64,000 bases of DNA from Macrostomum lignano (Eukaryota): assembly GCA_002269645.1 (NCBI GenBank), contig NIVC01000283.1:434001-498000 (forward strand), written 5' to 3'. The position numbers and the translations under genes were made by a program. Of the stretch, positions 1 to 12,000 are shown one piece after another (position 1 is the stretch's first letter; each line of letters begins with the position of its first letter). The notes under the pieces are model-generated. The model was given only the letters and a program-made list of their open reading frames with translations, did not search any database and had not been told where the DNA came from.

Positions 1-642
1 TCAAACTAGTTAAAGGAAACAAAATAACTACCAACTGAGTCTAAGGTTATCTTATATTCTGGAATTTCTGGATAACTGGATTATGTAATGTTTATTACTA
101 TTTACTAAGTTTACTAAATAGTACATGTACAAGTACAAGGTAGTGCAAGTAAGGTACACAAACTTAATAGATCGCGAGTTGCAAAATATTGAAATTATTG
201 GATCATTAAACTTGAACTGGTAATAAAAACAGTGAAAAAAGTAAAAGTAAATGATGCATTCTCTATTACCATGATCAAGGCATAAGCATTCAACTTGTGC
301 ACAAACTACAAACAATTAAATAAACCAATGTACTCCATTTGTAGATACACATGACAGTCCAAAAAACCAACAAAATCAGGGCATCAAGGATTCACTTAAA
401 CTGACAATTCCCATTCTGTTATTCACTCCCAAGACCCAGACCATGGGGCAAATGACAAGAGCATTCCTTTCAATTTTGCAAAAAAGAAATGAAATTAAAA
501 AACAATAAAAAGTGAAACAACAAAGGTACAGCAGTTAGAAAAACAGTGCACATGTTGTAACTAACAAGTGACATTTTTAATAATTATATTTGAAGTATTA
601 GTTATTTCACTGTCAAAATAAAAAAAAACAATTCAAAAACTA

Positions 643-2381
643 CGAGGGGTGTCCAAAAAGTAGTGATACTTTTGCTTGTATATCTTTATTGTATGCTTGA
701 AAATCAGCAAGTTTGGTGTTGTTGGAAAGCGGAACATATCAGCTTTAATTTGACTACAAACATTTAACAAAAACACAACCTATAACAAAGTTATGGATAG
801 AAACACACAACAAGGTCGACCATAGAGTTACAATGAATTTGTGCATGGTGCAACAGGTCAAGAAGTTGCAACAGTTAGTATGCCTCATCATCATCAGGGA
901 GGGAAGCTTTCTCGACATAATTGCCCATCAATTGCATGCACTTCTCCCAGCAACGAAACAAGCAATCAATCGCATCTGCGTAGATCTGTTGTGGAATCAC
1001 ATGCAGAAGTACTCTGCGGACTTCCTGTTCCATATGATCACGGTTGGCATGGACATGGCCCCTCAGGTGGCGCTTCAATTGAGGGAAAAGGGCAAAATCT
1101 GCAGGTGCCAGATCTGGCGAATATGGCGGATGAGGCAGAAGGTCAAACTTTAGCTTTTTTATGGCCTCCATTGTTTGGCGGGCAATATGCGGCTGGGCAT
1201 TGTCATGATGCAAGATGACTGGCTTGACTCCTAAGCGCCGCTTGTTTTGGATGTCTGCCTTCAGGCTTGCAAGGAGAGATGAATAATGGTCTGCATTGAT
1301 CGTCATATTCGGCTCCAGGAAGTCAATGGTAATTGGGCCATTACAGTCAAAGAAAACTGACAGCATGATTTTCTTACAGTGAGTTTCACGGCGAGTCTTG
1401 AATGGTGGGTCGGAACCCTTGAGTGCCCACACTTTAGACTCTTGCTTTATCGATGGGTCAAAATGTGGAACCTATGTCTCGTCACCAGTAACAATCAACT
1501 GGCGGAACTGATTCTAGCCACTGCGTTGACTCACTAGATTCAGGTTGCTTTGGCATGTCTGCTGGCGCTGCAGTCGCATATCAGCAGTGAGGAGCTTTGG
1601 GACCCAGCGGGCGCTCAGCTTAGCGAAGTTCATGTTGGTCAGGCAGAGATGGACCGTTGATCGTGGGGTGTCGAGTCTGTCAGCAATCTCACGAATTGTC
1701 AATCTGCAATCTTCTTCCAGAAGATCAAGAATCCGGTCAGCCAAAGCCTTTGAGCTTGGTGTGGATGGCCTTCCTGACCTTGGCAAGTCAGCCAAATTTG
1801 TTCTTCCTGACTCAAATTGCTCGACCCATCGGTACACCATCATGCGACTTACTGCTTCGGCTCCATGAATGCTGCACAGATGATGGTAAATCTCCTGTCT
1901 ACTTTTTCCGATACTCCATAGGGTATGAATTGCGTGTCGCTGTCCTTTCTTTGAGTGCACATCCATAACTGTCGGCTGAACAAAATCTGGTCTTGAAAAA
2001 GCAAGCGCTTGAAAAAGAAGAATGAAGCAAGCTGGCAGTGCAAAGAAGACTTAGCCATCATTTTACCACAGACAAAACAGCACCACTCAAACACTTATAA
2101 AATGCTCGTAACAGAGAATATTGAGCGCTCGATATTCTCTGACTGCTCTATATTCTCCAGCTCGTAAAAACTCAGCAAGATCTACCATACAGTTTTTTGT
2201 AAGTCTATGGGCCATCCTTGCTCAAATAGACAGTGATAACTTTTTTTAAAAAACATATGAGGTTGATTTTTCAGTCAAATTAAAGCTAATATTTTCTGCT
2301 TTCCAACAACACAAAACTTGCTGATTTTCAAGCATGCAGTAAAGCTATACAAGCAAATCACTACTTTTTGGATACCCCTCG
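643..2381 (-). mobile_element. Tc1/mariner element 1 (1739 bp), ~115-bp imperfect TIRs, TA target duplication
   Basis: TA at 641-642 then cgaggggtgtccaaaaagtagtg...; right end ...ctactttttggatacccctcg then TA at 2382-2383. The inverted match extends ~115 bp. Internal transposase on the minus strand. Confidence 0.93.
875..1966 (-). pseudogene. mariner DD34D transposase with two in-frame TAG stops
   Basis: ORFs 1514-1966 (HTH, PRSGRP, WVPKLL) and 875-1432 (HHDNAQPH...YSPDLAPADF, 34 aa between the Asp residues) are in one frame. They are separated by TAG at 1514-1516 and 1472-1474; the linker reads NQFRQLIVTGDET*VPHFDP. Confidence 0.93.
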
Positions 2382-2699
2382 TAGTTATTATCAAACATGT
2401 TTGAAACATTTAAATACTGAGAAACAAGTCCATGAACAGATTATAATGAAATGCAGTTTGCAAGCTTTTGGCTACAGATCCAGGCCGCAATGCAACACAT
2501 GATGATGCCAGCATCCAAGTTGCCACACTGTCGCGTCGCGCGACACTAGGTTACCACAGTGTTGCTCAATGCAACACTATGCTAGACAGCACTGTCGCGC
2601 GATGCAACATACCACTGACACCACTGTCGCGCAAAGCGACACTAGGAAAATCTGAAAATGCAATAGACAGTTGTCTGCTTTTGTCAACTTATTCCAATA

Positions 2700-3580
2700 G
2701 GGTCAGGTATTCATTCCATAAGCGCTGGCCAACTGCCAGGTCCCAATAGAGATCACTTAACTTTGTGACTCCTAGCATGCATCTGACTCCACCTAGGGCA
2801 GGCATTTAATGGCCACATGCACATTGGTCTAGTCTTCTAGTCTGGAGAGCTGACAAGTTGCTGCCTTGGCAATTCCAATCTAATAGTGCATATAGGCTGC
2901 AAGCTTAGTGTTATGGCCAACACAGAATTGCATATAGTCTGCCCTCTCCACCACTGGCTAGATAAATAGCTTTAGTCTTCCACTTGAGCCCACCTTTGCT
3001 GTATGTTTCCCCTGCTCTTTTGTGCTACTTGCTTCCATGTCTACTAAAGTGGGCTTTAGCTTCAAGCTTGTCCACCTCCACTGTCTCGCCTGGTCCCTCC
3101 TAGCCATTTAGGGGACAGCCCAATGCAGCCAGCTTGTCTGCTTGCTTGTTCCTCGCAATGCCAGAGTGACTGGCCACCTAGACAAAGTGCACTGTCTTAT
3201 TAGTCCAGGTATCAATGATGGCCTAGATGTCATTGGCCAGCTTGTTTTAGCACTTTGGCAAGGTGTTGAACACTTGGAAGGCTACTAAGTTGTCACAGGC
3301 AATGGTGACCAAGTTCCATTATGCCTACTGCTGGTTGGCCCACTGCGCCTCTGCCTTAATTGTTGCAAGCTCTGCTTGCATCAAGGAGCAACCTGGTCCC
3401 ACAGGGTGGCTACCAGCAGCTATCTCAGAGCCATTGGTCTAGACACTAAACCCAGCTCTGCCTTGTTGGTCCTTATTGACCAACCTGTCTATGTAAATGG
3501 TTAAGTCTATGTGCCTTTTGCAAAGTCTCTCTAGCATTGCCTTCTTGTTGATCCAATGATCTAAGCTTTGGCTTTAGCAA
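2700..3580 (-). pseudogene. degenerate non-LTR retrotransposon 3' remnant (RNase H domain)
   Basis: Minus strand of 3121-3197 reads KTVHFV*VASHSGIARNKQADKLAALG, matching the RNase H motif WVxGHxGIxGNExADxLAK. Boundaries approximate. Confidence 0.6.
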
Positions 3581-3959
3581 AAAGCAAAGAGCTTTTGTTG
3601 TTTTAGAAAAAAGTTAAAATGAAACTCAAAATTTTTAAAAGACTATTTTATTGTATATTTTTATTCTATGGCAATTTCATTATTTGATTAATAAAATGTT
3701 GTTTTATCAGGTGCCATTCCATTATAGCAAAATCTCAAAGTTTGAATTCTAAACTGGCCACTGAAAAACTATATTATCATCCCTAATCCATCAATTGCAC
3801 TTTGTTTATACATAATGTAGTAAGGAAGAGAGGTAGAAATGGAACTTTTTTGTTGGTTCTAGTCTTTTCTTTTCACAATTATTGCTTCTTTTGGGCCATT
3901 CAAATCAGTGTTGCTCTTAGCAATTCAAACTAACTCAAATGATATGCACAATGCATGTA

Positions 3960-4066
3960 CCCTCATAGAAAAATTTCTGATTGAACAGTGCAAGTTTGAA
4001 CAAAATCGGTTGAGCCGTTTTTTGCTAAAATCAATCACACACACACACAGACCATTTTTAGTATAT
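3960..4066 (+). mobile_element. end of a short Helitron/DINE-like non-autonomous repeat (copy 1 of 3)
   Basis: gtgcaagtttgaacaaaatcggttgagccgttttttg, then a (CA)n/cagac microsatellite, then accatttttagtatat. The same end occurs at 38610-38625 and inverted at 57409-57500. Confidence 0.4.
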
Positions 4067-6091
4067 GGACTAACTCAAATGATATGCAGAATGCAAATTA
4101 AACAGAACTTTGGCCATTGAGTTCTTCAAGCTCAAGGGGAAAGTAGCTGTGGTTGTGACTAAGCAGTTTAGTTATTGCTATCTTTCAGAATACCAAATGC
4201 AAAGATATAGATAAGTACTACAAGAACTTAAAATAGACTAAATTTGTGGAGTATTGTACTAATAGTAGTAGTTTGCTGCTACCACCATAGTAATTTGCAG
4301 AGAAAAGCTCTAACGCTCAATTGGCTTGAATTTGCCTAAGAACTTCTCTTAGTAAAACCACCAAGGGTCAAATGAATGCTTTTAAGTTTATAACAGTTTG
4401 ACACCATTTAACACAACTTTAGTTACTTCCTTGTAATTAAATGCTGCTAGGTTGAATATAGTTTATTAGTTAATTGTACTTCATATAGGAAAAGACTAAT
4501 ATCATTATAATAGGTTAAAAATATAACTTAATGATTAATATATAACAAAATGAACTCTTAGATTGTCCAAGAGAGGAGCTCGTCAGGTTGGGGTTACTGG
4601 GCTTACACTTAGGGTTTTCTTATATCTTAAAGTCTAGGACAGGGGCTTTCAAACAAAAGTCTAGTTCCAAAAAGAGGGATCGAAATGAGAGGTCCGAAAC
4701 TAGAGTCTGGCTAGATGAGAAAAGTTGCAGACTCTTAAAAACACTCTTATGAGCCATTGGAAAAAAGGGCTCCCCTGGGTAGGAGAGAAGGTTACATGAA
4801 TTGGAAAGATCCAGGTGGCAATTAACACAGGATATAACCACATTTAAAGCACAGTAAAATGCAAATTATAGGGATTGGGAACCCAAAATAGATTAGGAAG
4901 AAAAAGAAATGGATTTTTATGCAGGGAAATGATGTCAATATACATAATGAAATTTGACTTGGTAAGCAAATCCTTGCAAAAGAAAATAAAAAATATGTTT
5001 TGTGGAAATAGATTTGTGGGATATGCATGCATATATTATTTTGTGGGAGGCCTTGCCTACTACAATATCTACTAGCTAAGTTGTGTTTTTAAATTTACAA
5101 ACTGTGAAAATGTACAAAGTGGTCAATGAATAATTTGCTATGATGGTATGATAGTTTAACAATATATGAGAGGTTCTAAGGCTAAGTTTGAATTTTTATT
5201 TGTCATTGCCAATAATTATTTTAATTCATTTTTACTTACAAAAATCTTTTTGCTATTGACATTGTAGCCTTTTAATTTTATAAAAAATATAGAGAATAAA
5301 ATTTTACATTTTAACATTGATAACATTTAACACTTTTACTTTTTTTTGTTTATAAATGAGGTCTATTCCATTGATTGATTTTAACATTTTGTATCAACAT
5401 TTAACAATTTTAGCTTGTTGATCTGCTTACTTTTTTGTTAGTTTATTTGCTTATTTATTTATTTTAAAAATCACATCATAAAAATTTTTGTGAAACAACC
5501 TATTTAGGCAAATTGATAAATAGGCTTATTTGTATCTTCTCTTGGGCCTAAAATATAAAGCCATCCCCTCTGTCCTATTGAACAGTATAGCATGAATTTC
5601 ATATATACCTAGTTTCTAACTTTCAAATTTTGCATGATACTACTTCCAACACAGCATTGAACTTTTGCAGAGTGTACACACATTAGACAAAAATACATAA
5701 GTGGTTAATATAACAAAATCATTTAATAAAGAATCAATTATAGTGTCCCTATAAATTAGAAATATATCAATCACTTATATTGCTTGAACACAATTCCAAA
5801 TATTTACTTTCTGAGCTTTTAAGCAGATTAAGCAGGTTGATTTCACTATTTAAACAATTTATTAGCATAGATGCACATGAATGCATATGAATACATGCCT
5901 ATGATTTTCAACAGTCTAAGCTAGCTTGTGAACTAGACAGCTAAAGTTTACATTCTAAAACAGTCCTTATAAACCTGAACTGAAGTGTTTACACTTAATC
6001 CCCAAAATCTATGCTTCAGTTTTTGCCACAACCACAAACTCTAAAAAAACAGTAAAACTACCAAAAAGTGTCCCAATTAACCAAGCCAGGC

Positions 6092-7649
6092 ATGGACAGC
6101 GCAGCTCTAGCCGAGGAGCGCGCCTCTGAACTGGAGGCTCTTGAATCAATTTATGCTGACGATTTCCGACTGCTGTCAGTCGATGATGATGGAGGTGGCG
6201 CCTCAGGCGAGTCGAGTAGTTTAGCCTCGTTTGAGATTGACATCCGCTCTAGAGAGGTGCCGACTGGGCCCAATGGCGCCTTGGAGACAGCCGCCTGTTG
6301 TTTGCATTTCGAATACACGCCAGACTATCCTAATCAGGCGCCAACATTTGCCGTATTGGATTCGCAAAATCTTACTGACTCAGATTTGGACTCGTTGCAA
6401 TCGTTGATGGAGACTACTTGTGAGGAGAGTCTGGGCTGCGTTATGATTTTCTCTGTTGTTAGCGCCGTGCAAGAGGCTCTGCAGGTTGGTTTCACGCACA
6501 TCTGTTTGTCTTTTAAATTTCGAAAGACAAGAGTAGAAGAGTAGAAGGAGAGTAGATCACATGGAAGTAGATGCGGTGGAGAGTAGATGACAGAGATGTA
6601 GATACGGGAGAGGAAATATCGCATAGAAGTAGACGAGGCAGAGAGAAGTTCGCATAGAGGTCGATTGGGGAGAGAAAAGTTAGCTAATCTCTCTAATCTA
6701 AAGAAGTAGATAAGGGCGAGAAAGTTGCAGAGAAGTAGATAAGGGCGAGAAAGTTCGCAGAGACGTAGATAAGGGCGAGAAAGTTGCAGAGAAGTAGATA
6801 AGGGTGAGAAAGTTCGCAGAGAAGTAGATAAGGGCGAGAAAGTTGCAGAGAAGTAGATAAGGGTGAGAAAGTTCGCAGAGAAATAGATAAGGGCGAGAAA
6901 GTTCGCAGAGAAGTAGATAAGGGTGAGAAAGTTCGCAGAGAAGTAGATAAGGGCGAGAAAGTTCGCAGAGAAGTAGATAAGGGTGAGAAAGTTCGCAGAG
7001 AAGTAGATAAGGGCGAGAAAGTTGCAGAGAAGTAGATAAGGGTGAGAAAGTTCGCAGAGAAGTAGATAAGGGCGAGAAAGTTCGCAGAGAAGTAGATAAG
7101 GGCGAGAAAGTTCGCAGAGAAGTAGATAAGGGCGAGAAAGTTCGCAGAGAAGTAGATAAGGGCGAGAAAGTTCGCAGAGAAGTAGATGAGGGGGGAGAAG
7201 TAGATAAAGGTCAGAAAAGATCCCAGAGAAGTAGATGTGGGACGGAGAAGCAAAGACCTGAGCCATAGCCCCGCCCCTCCCAGGACGTGGCTGAGCGCCT
7301 TGAGGAGACCCGGCGCCATGCCGAAGAAGCCAGACAGCGCCAACTAGAAGAGGAGGAGCGCCGCAAAGTTGTCGGCACGCCGGTGACGCCGGAAACTTTC
7401 GGAGAATGGCGCCGAAGATTCGACGCTGAGATGGCAGTGGCCAAGGCGGCCAAGGCCAAAGCTACGGGGGTGGTGGCCGGAGGCGGTGGCGCCAAGAAGC
7501 CAACCGGCAAGGAGCTGTTCCTGGCGGACAATCGGTTCGATGTGTCAGACCTGCAGATACTGCAGGAGGAAGGCGGGGAGGCTGTGGAGGTGGACGAGTC
7601 GCTGTTTCAAAGTCTGGACGATTTGGATTTGGAAGGGGAGGTTGAATGA
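6092..7649 (+). CDS. RWDD1: RWD domain-containing protein 1 (DFRP2/Gir2 family); exons 6092-6484, 7284-7649
   Basis: N-terminal RWD domain (ELEALESIY, YPNQAP, LGCVMIFSVVSAVQE). Phase-0 GT/AG intron 6485-7283. The C-terminus has GTPVTPETFGEWRRRFDAEM, PTGKELF and EVDESLFQSLDDLDL, characteristic of RWDD1. Confidence 0.95.
6701..7195. repeat. 30-bp (29-bp variant) purine-rich minisatellite in the RWDD1 intron
   Basis: Tandem gagaagtagataaggg(c/t)gagaaagtt(c)gca, ~16 copies. Confidence 0.95.
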
Positions 7650-7800
7650 GGGAAGCGTTTTCAATTGATAAGGACCGCTTGGCAGTAAGAGGCTCGTATT
7701 ATATAGTGCAAATGAAATGAGGCCCGCATTTTCACTGTTACCTGCTCTTGTAGCAGTTTCTTTTCAAGTTATTGCTTCTCTTTTTGTTCGGCCTTTCTTC

Positions 7801-8575
7801 CCCAATTCCCCTTGAGAATCTGTCCCAATTCCCCTTGAGAATCTGCCCCAATTCCCCTTGAGAATCTGCCCCAATTCGCCTTGAGAATCTGCCCCAATTC
7901 CCCTTGAGAATCTGTCCTAATTCCCCTTGAGAATCTGTCCTAATTCCCCTTGAGAATCTGTCCCAATTTCCCTTGAGAATCTGTCCTAATTTCCCTTGAG
8001 AATCTGCCCCAATTCCCCTTGAGAATCTGTCCTAATTCCCCTTGAGAATCTGTCCTAATTTCCCTTGAGAATCTGCCCCAATTCCCCTTGAGAATCTGTC
8101 CTAATTCCCCTTGAGAATCTGTCCTAATTCCACTTGAGAATCTGTCCCAATTCCCCTTGAGAATCTGCCCCAATTCCCCTTGAGAATCTGTCCTAATTCC
8201 CCTTGAGAATCTGTCCCAATTCCCCTTGAGAATCTGTCCCAATTTCCCTCAAGAATCTGCCCCAATTCCCCTTGAGAATCTGTCCCAATTTCCCTCAAGA
8301 ATCTGCCCCAATTCCCCTTGAGAATCTGTCCCAATTTCCCTCAAGAATCTGCCCCAATTCCCCTTAAGAATCTGTCCCAATTTCCCTTAAGAATCTGCAC
8401 CAATGACCCTCAAGAATCTGCCCCAATTCCCCTTAAGAATCTGTCCCAATTTCCCTTAAGAATCTGCACCAATGACCCTCAAGAATCTGTCCCAATTCCC
8501 ATTGAGAATCTGCCCCAATTTCCCTTAAGAATCTGCACTAATTCCCCTTGATAATCTGCCCCAATCCCCCTTGAA
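7801..8575. repeat. 23-bp minisatellite downstream of RWDD1
   Basis: Tandem cccaattccccttgagaatctg(t/c); starts at 7801 and 7824 give period 23. Confidence 0.95.
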
Positions 8576-9048
8576 AGGCAGTTTTCGAAACGCACTTCAT
8601 ACTCGAGAATTTACTTTGCGGCAAAACATGCACCTTTGGGAAATTTCTTGTTAAAGCAGATTTAAGCAGAAATTCCCCTAACTGTCAGCGGTCCTTCCTT
8701 ATTTTTCTGTACTTTTTCGCGGTGTCTCGTTTTTTTGTGTTTCTTGCTTGTATTCAACTTTTGATTGATTAAACAGTTTATTATGCGTATCAATAAAATA
8801 TATGAAATATGGAATTGCAAATTATTATTAATTTAAATTAAGCTCCGCAGTTATATCATTTTTATTATTTCTGAGTAGAAGTAAGCAGGTTAGTTTATGG
8901 TGTTGCAAACGCATTCGCTCATAGGCTCGTGGAGCGTTTCTAATCAAATTCTGATTGTATTTTGCAGCCCGAATGTCCTATTTGACTATTCGAACTGACT
9001 GTATCGATATCACTACTATAGACTCAGCCGAATTCGATATAGCTTGCC

Positions 9049-12000
9049 ATGACATCTTTAAGCAGACTGCGAAACTTCACTACTTTGATCTTGTCTGCAA
9101 CGCTGCTTTATGGATTTTTCATGTTAACACCTGCTGCAGGTGAGTGATTCTTGTTGGCCAGTCACTGAGGTGGGTGCTGGTGGCCAGTCACTGAGGTGGG
9201 TGCTGGTGCTGGTGGCCAGTCACTGAGGTGGGTGCTGGTGCTGGTGGCCAGTCACTGAGGTGGGTGCTGGTGCTGGTGGCCAGTCACTGAATTGGGTGCT
9301 GGTGCTGGTGGCCAGTCACTGAGGTGGGTGCTGGTGCTGGTGGCCAGTCACTGAGGTGGGTGCTGGTGCTGGTGACCAGTCACTGAGGTGGGTGTTGGTG
9401 CTGGTGGCCAGTCACTGAAGTGGGTGCTGGTGGGGACCAGTCACTGAGGTGGGTGCTGGTGGGGACCAGTCACTGAGGTGGGTGCTGGTGGTAACCAGTC
9501 ACTGAGGTGGGTGCTGGTGCTGGTGGCCAGTCACTGAGGTGGGTGCTGGTGCTGGTGGTCAGTCACTGAGGTGGGTGCTGGTGCTGGTGGCCAGTCACTG
9601 AGGTGGGTGCTGGTGGGGACCAGTCACTGAGGTGGGTGCTGGTGGGAACCAGTCACTGAGGTGGGTGCTGGTGCTGGTGGCCAGTCACTGAGGTGGGTGC
9701 TGGTGCTGGTGACCAGTCACTGAGGTGGGTGCTGGTGGGGACCAGTCACTGAGGTGGGTGCTGGTGGGGACCAGTCACTGAGGTGAGTGCGGGTGCTGGT
9801 GGCCAGTCACTGAGGTGGGTGCTGGTGGGGACCAGTCACTGAGGTGGGTGCTGGTGCTGGTGGCCAGTCACTGAGGTGGGTGCTGGTGGGGACCAGTCAC
9901 TGAGGTGGGTGCTGGTGGGGACCAGTCACTGAGGTGGGTGTTGGTGCTGGTGGTCAGTCACTGAGGTGGGTGCTGGTGCTGGTGGCCAGTCACTGAGGTG
10001 GGTGCTGGTGGGGACCAGTCACTGAGGTGGGTGCTGGTGCTGGTGGGGACCAGTCACTGAGGTGGGTGCTGGTGGCCAGTCACTGAGGTGGGTGCTGGTG
10101 CTGGTGGCCAGTCACTAAGGTGGGTGCTGGTGGGGACCAGTCACAGAAACACAACAGGTTTATAAAGCGGCAATTTACTTTCAATCGTTTCCGTGACAGA
10201 ATCCGAGACGGGCACGGCAGCGTCGCCATCATCGGTATTGAAATCGCGCGTTCTGTTCGTGCTGATGTGCCAGAGTCAAGCGGCCAGCTTTCACAAGCAG
10301 CGCTGCGATCTGTTGAGGCGGCATATTGAGGATCAGGCGAAAGAGCTAAAAGTGCCTGCTGGTGCCGAGGTGAGCAGAAGTGAATTGCTAATTGAAGATC
10401 GCGGAAGTAAAATGCAACCAACTGGCTCATAAACTGCCAAAAAGACTCATTAACTGGTGTATGAATCAGTCTTAAACTGCAGTAAGAGTCGCCCCTAAAC
10501 TGCAAGAAAATCCCTTCAAATTAAAAAAATCACCGAATTTTTGCTACTCCAGAGAATCCGCTTAAAATCCAGAATAGCAAAAAAACATTAAAAATTGAAA
10601 ATATTTTGCAGACTCCAGACATTTCCATAGCCCTGGCTGAAGACTTGGTCGATCCTGGAATTGAGACTTTTTTCTATTTGCCAATATTGGCCGGGTAAGA
10701 TTTACGCTCTAAATCTGCTTCCTAGTAGTGGTGTTTAAATGAATGCTAATCATAGTTAAAACATTTTTTACAGAAACCATACCCAACTAACTCAATCGGA
10801 TTTCGTATTCTTTTGTCACGAGGAGACTCGGATGAATCTGGTTGGACTGCTCAACCAACTTGCTCAGTATAATTCTAGCAAGGTGAGTCGTGTGATTTTT
10901 TAAGCTAGGATTAGTGGGGACTGCAATTTCTCGGAAAAAAATATTTAGCCCACAGTAATTGACTGTCAGATTGTCAACTGTCCCCAGCCCGGCCCAGGTA
11001 TCCGGGGATTCGAATTCGTGCCCGGGTGCAGTTAATTTGGAGCTGTACATTTAGCTAGGGCTGTAGTGTTGAAGGCCAACCCATAAAGCACAAAGTTTTT
11101 TGTACGAGGGGTGTCTTAAAATTATCTGGACTGAGATGACTTTCTTTGCAGGAATGTTCAAACCAGCTGAATTTTGATTACAACTATAGCTTCTATAGAG
11201 CTGTATAAGATTTCTATGGCAATTTTAGTCTATGGTTTGATTAGACCAACTCATAATGGCGTAGACCGGGGAACTTCCTTTTCGCGCCGGAGCTAGAAAT
11301 ACAAAAGCTCCGTTCCTGCCGACATGGTCAGCTGGGCTGGCCATAGACTATAGCTAGAATCTTATTGCGCCGGAGCTAGAAATACAAAAGCTCCGTTCCT
11401 GCCGACATGGTCAGCTGGGCTGGCCATAGACTATAGCTAGAATCTTATTGCGCCGGAGCTAGAAATACAAAAGCTCCGTTCCTGCCGACATGCTCAGCTG
11501 GGCTGGCCATAGACTATAGCTAGAATCTTATTGCGCCGGAGCTAGAAATACAAAAGCTCCGTTCCTGCCGACATGCTTAGCTGGGCTGGCCATAGACTAT
11601 AGCTAGAATCTTATTGCGCCGGAGCTAGAAATACAAAAGCTCCGTTCCTGCCGACATGCTCAGCTGGGCTGGCCATAGACTATAGCTAGAATCTTATTGC
11701 GCCGGAGCTAGAAATACAAAAGCTCCGTTCCTGCCGACATGCTCAGCTGGGCTGGCCATAGACTATAGCTAGAATCTTATTGCGCCGGAGCTAGAAATAC
11801 AAAAGCTCCGTTCCTGCCGACATGCTCAGCTGGGCTGGCCATAGACTATAGCTAGAATCTTATTGCGCCGGAGCTAGAAATACAAAAGCTCCGTTCCTGC
11901 CGACATGCTCAGCTGGGCTGGCCATAGACTATAGCTAGAATCTTAATGCGCCGCTGTGCAAAGCCTTTCTAGCCGAGAAGGGAGCATTTTTGAAATTCTG

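Noticed and set aside
2478-2650. repeated cactgtcgcg motifs as a PIF/Harbinger MITE
   Set aside because: Subterminal-like motifs only; no TIR pair or TSD.
4560-4830. possible solo LTR
   Set aside because: No clear paired termini, TSD or PBS.
6334-8551. long ORFs over the 30-bp and 23-bp arrays
   Set aside because: Products of tandem repeats lacking stops; intronic or intergenic.
11284-11947. CRISPR-like array
   Set aside because: The units are contiguous with no unique spacers, there are no cas genes, and the context is eukaryotic. The same applies to all other arrays here.
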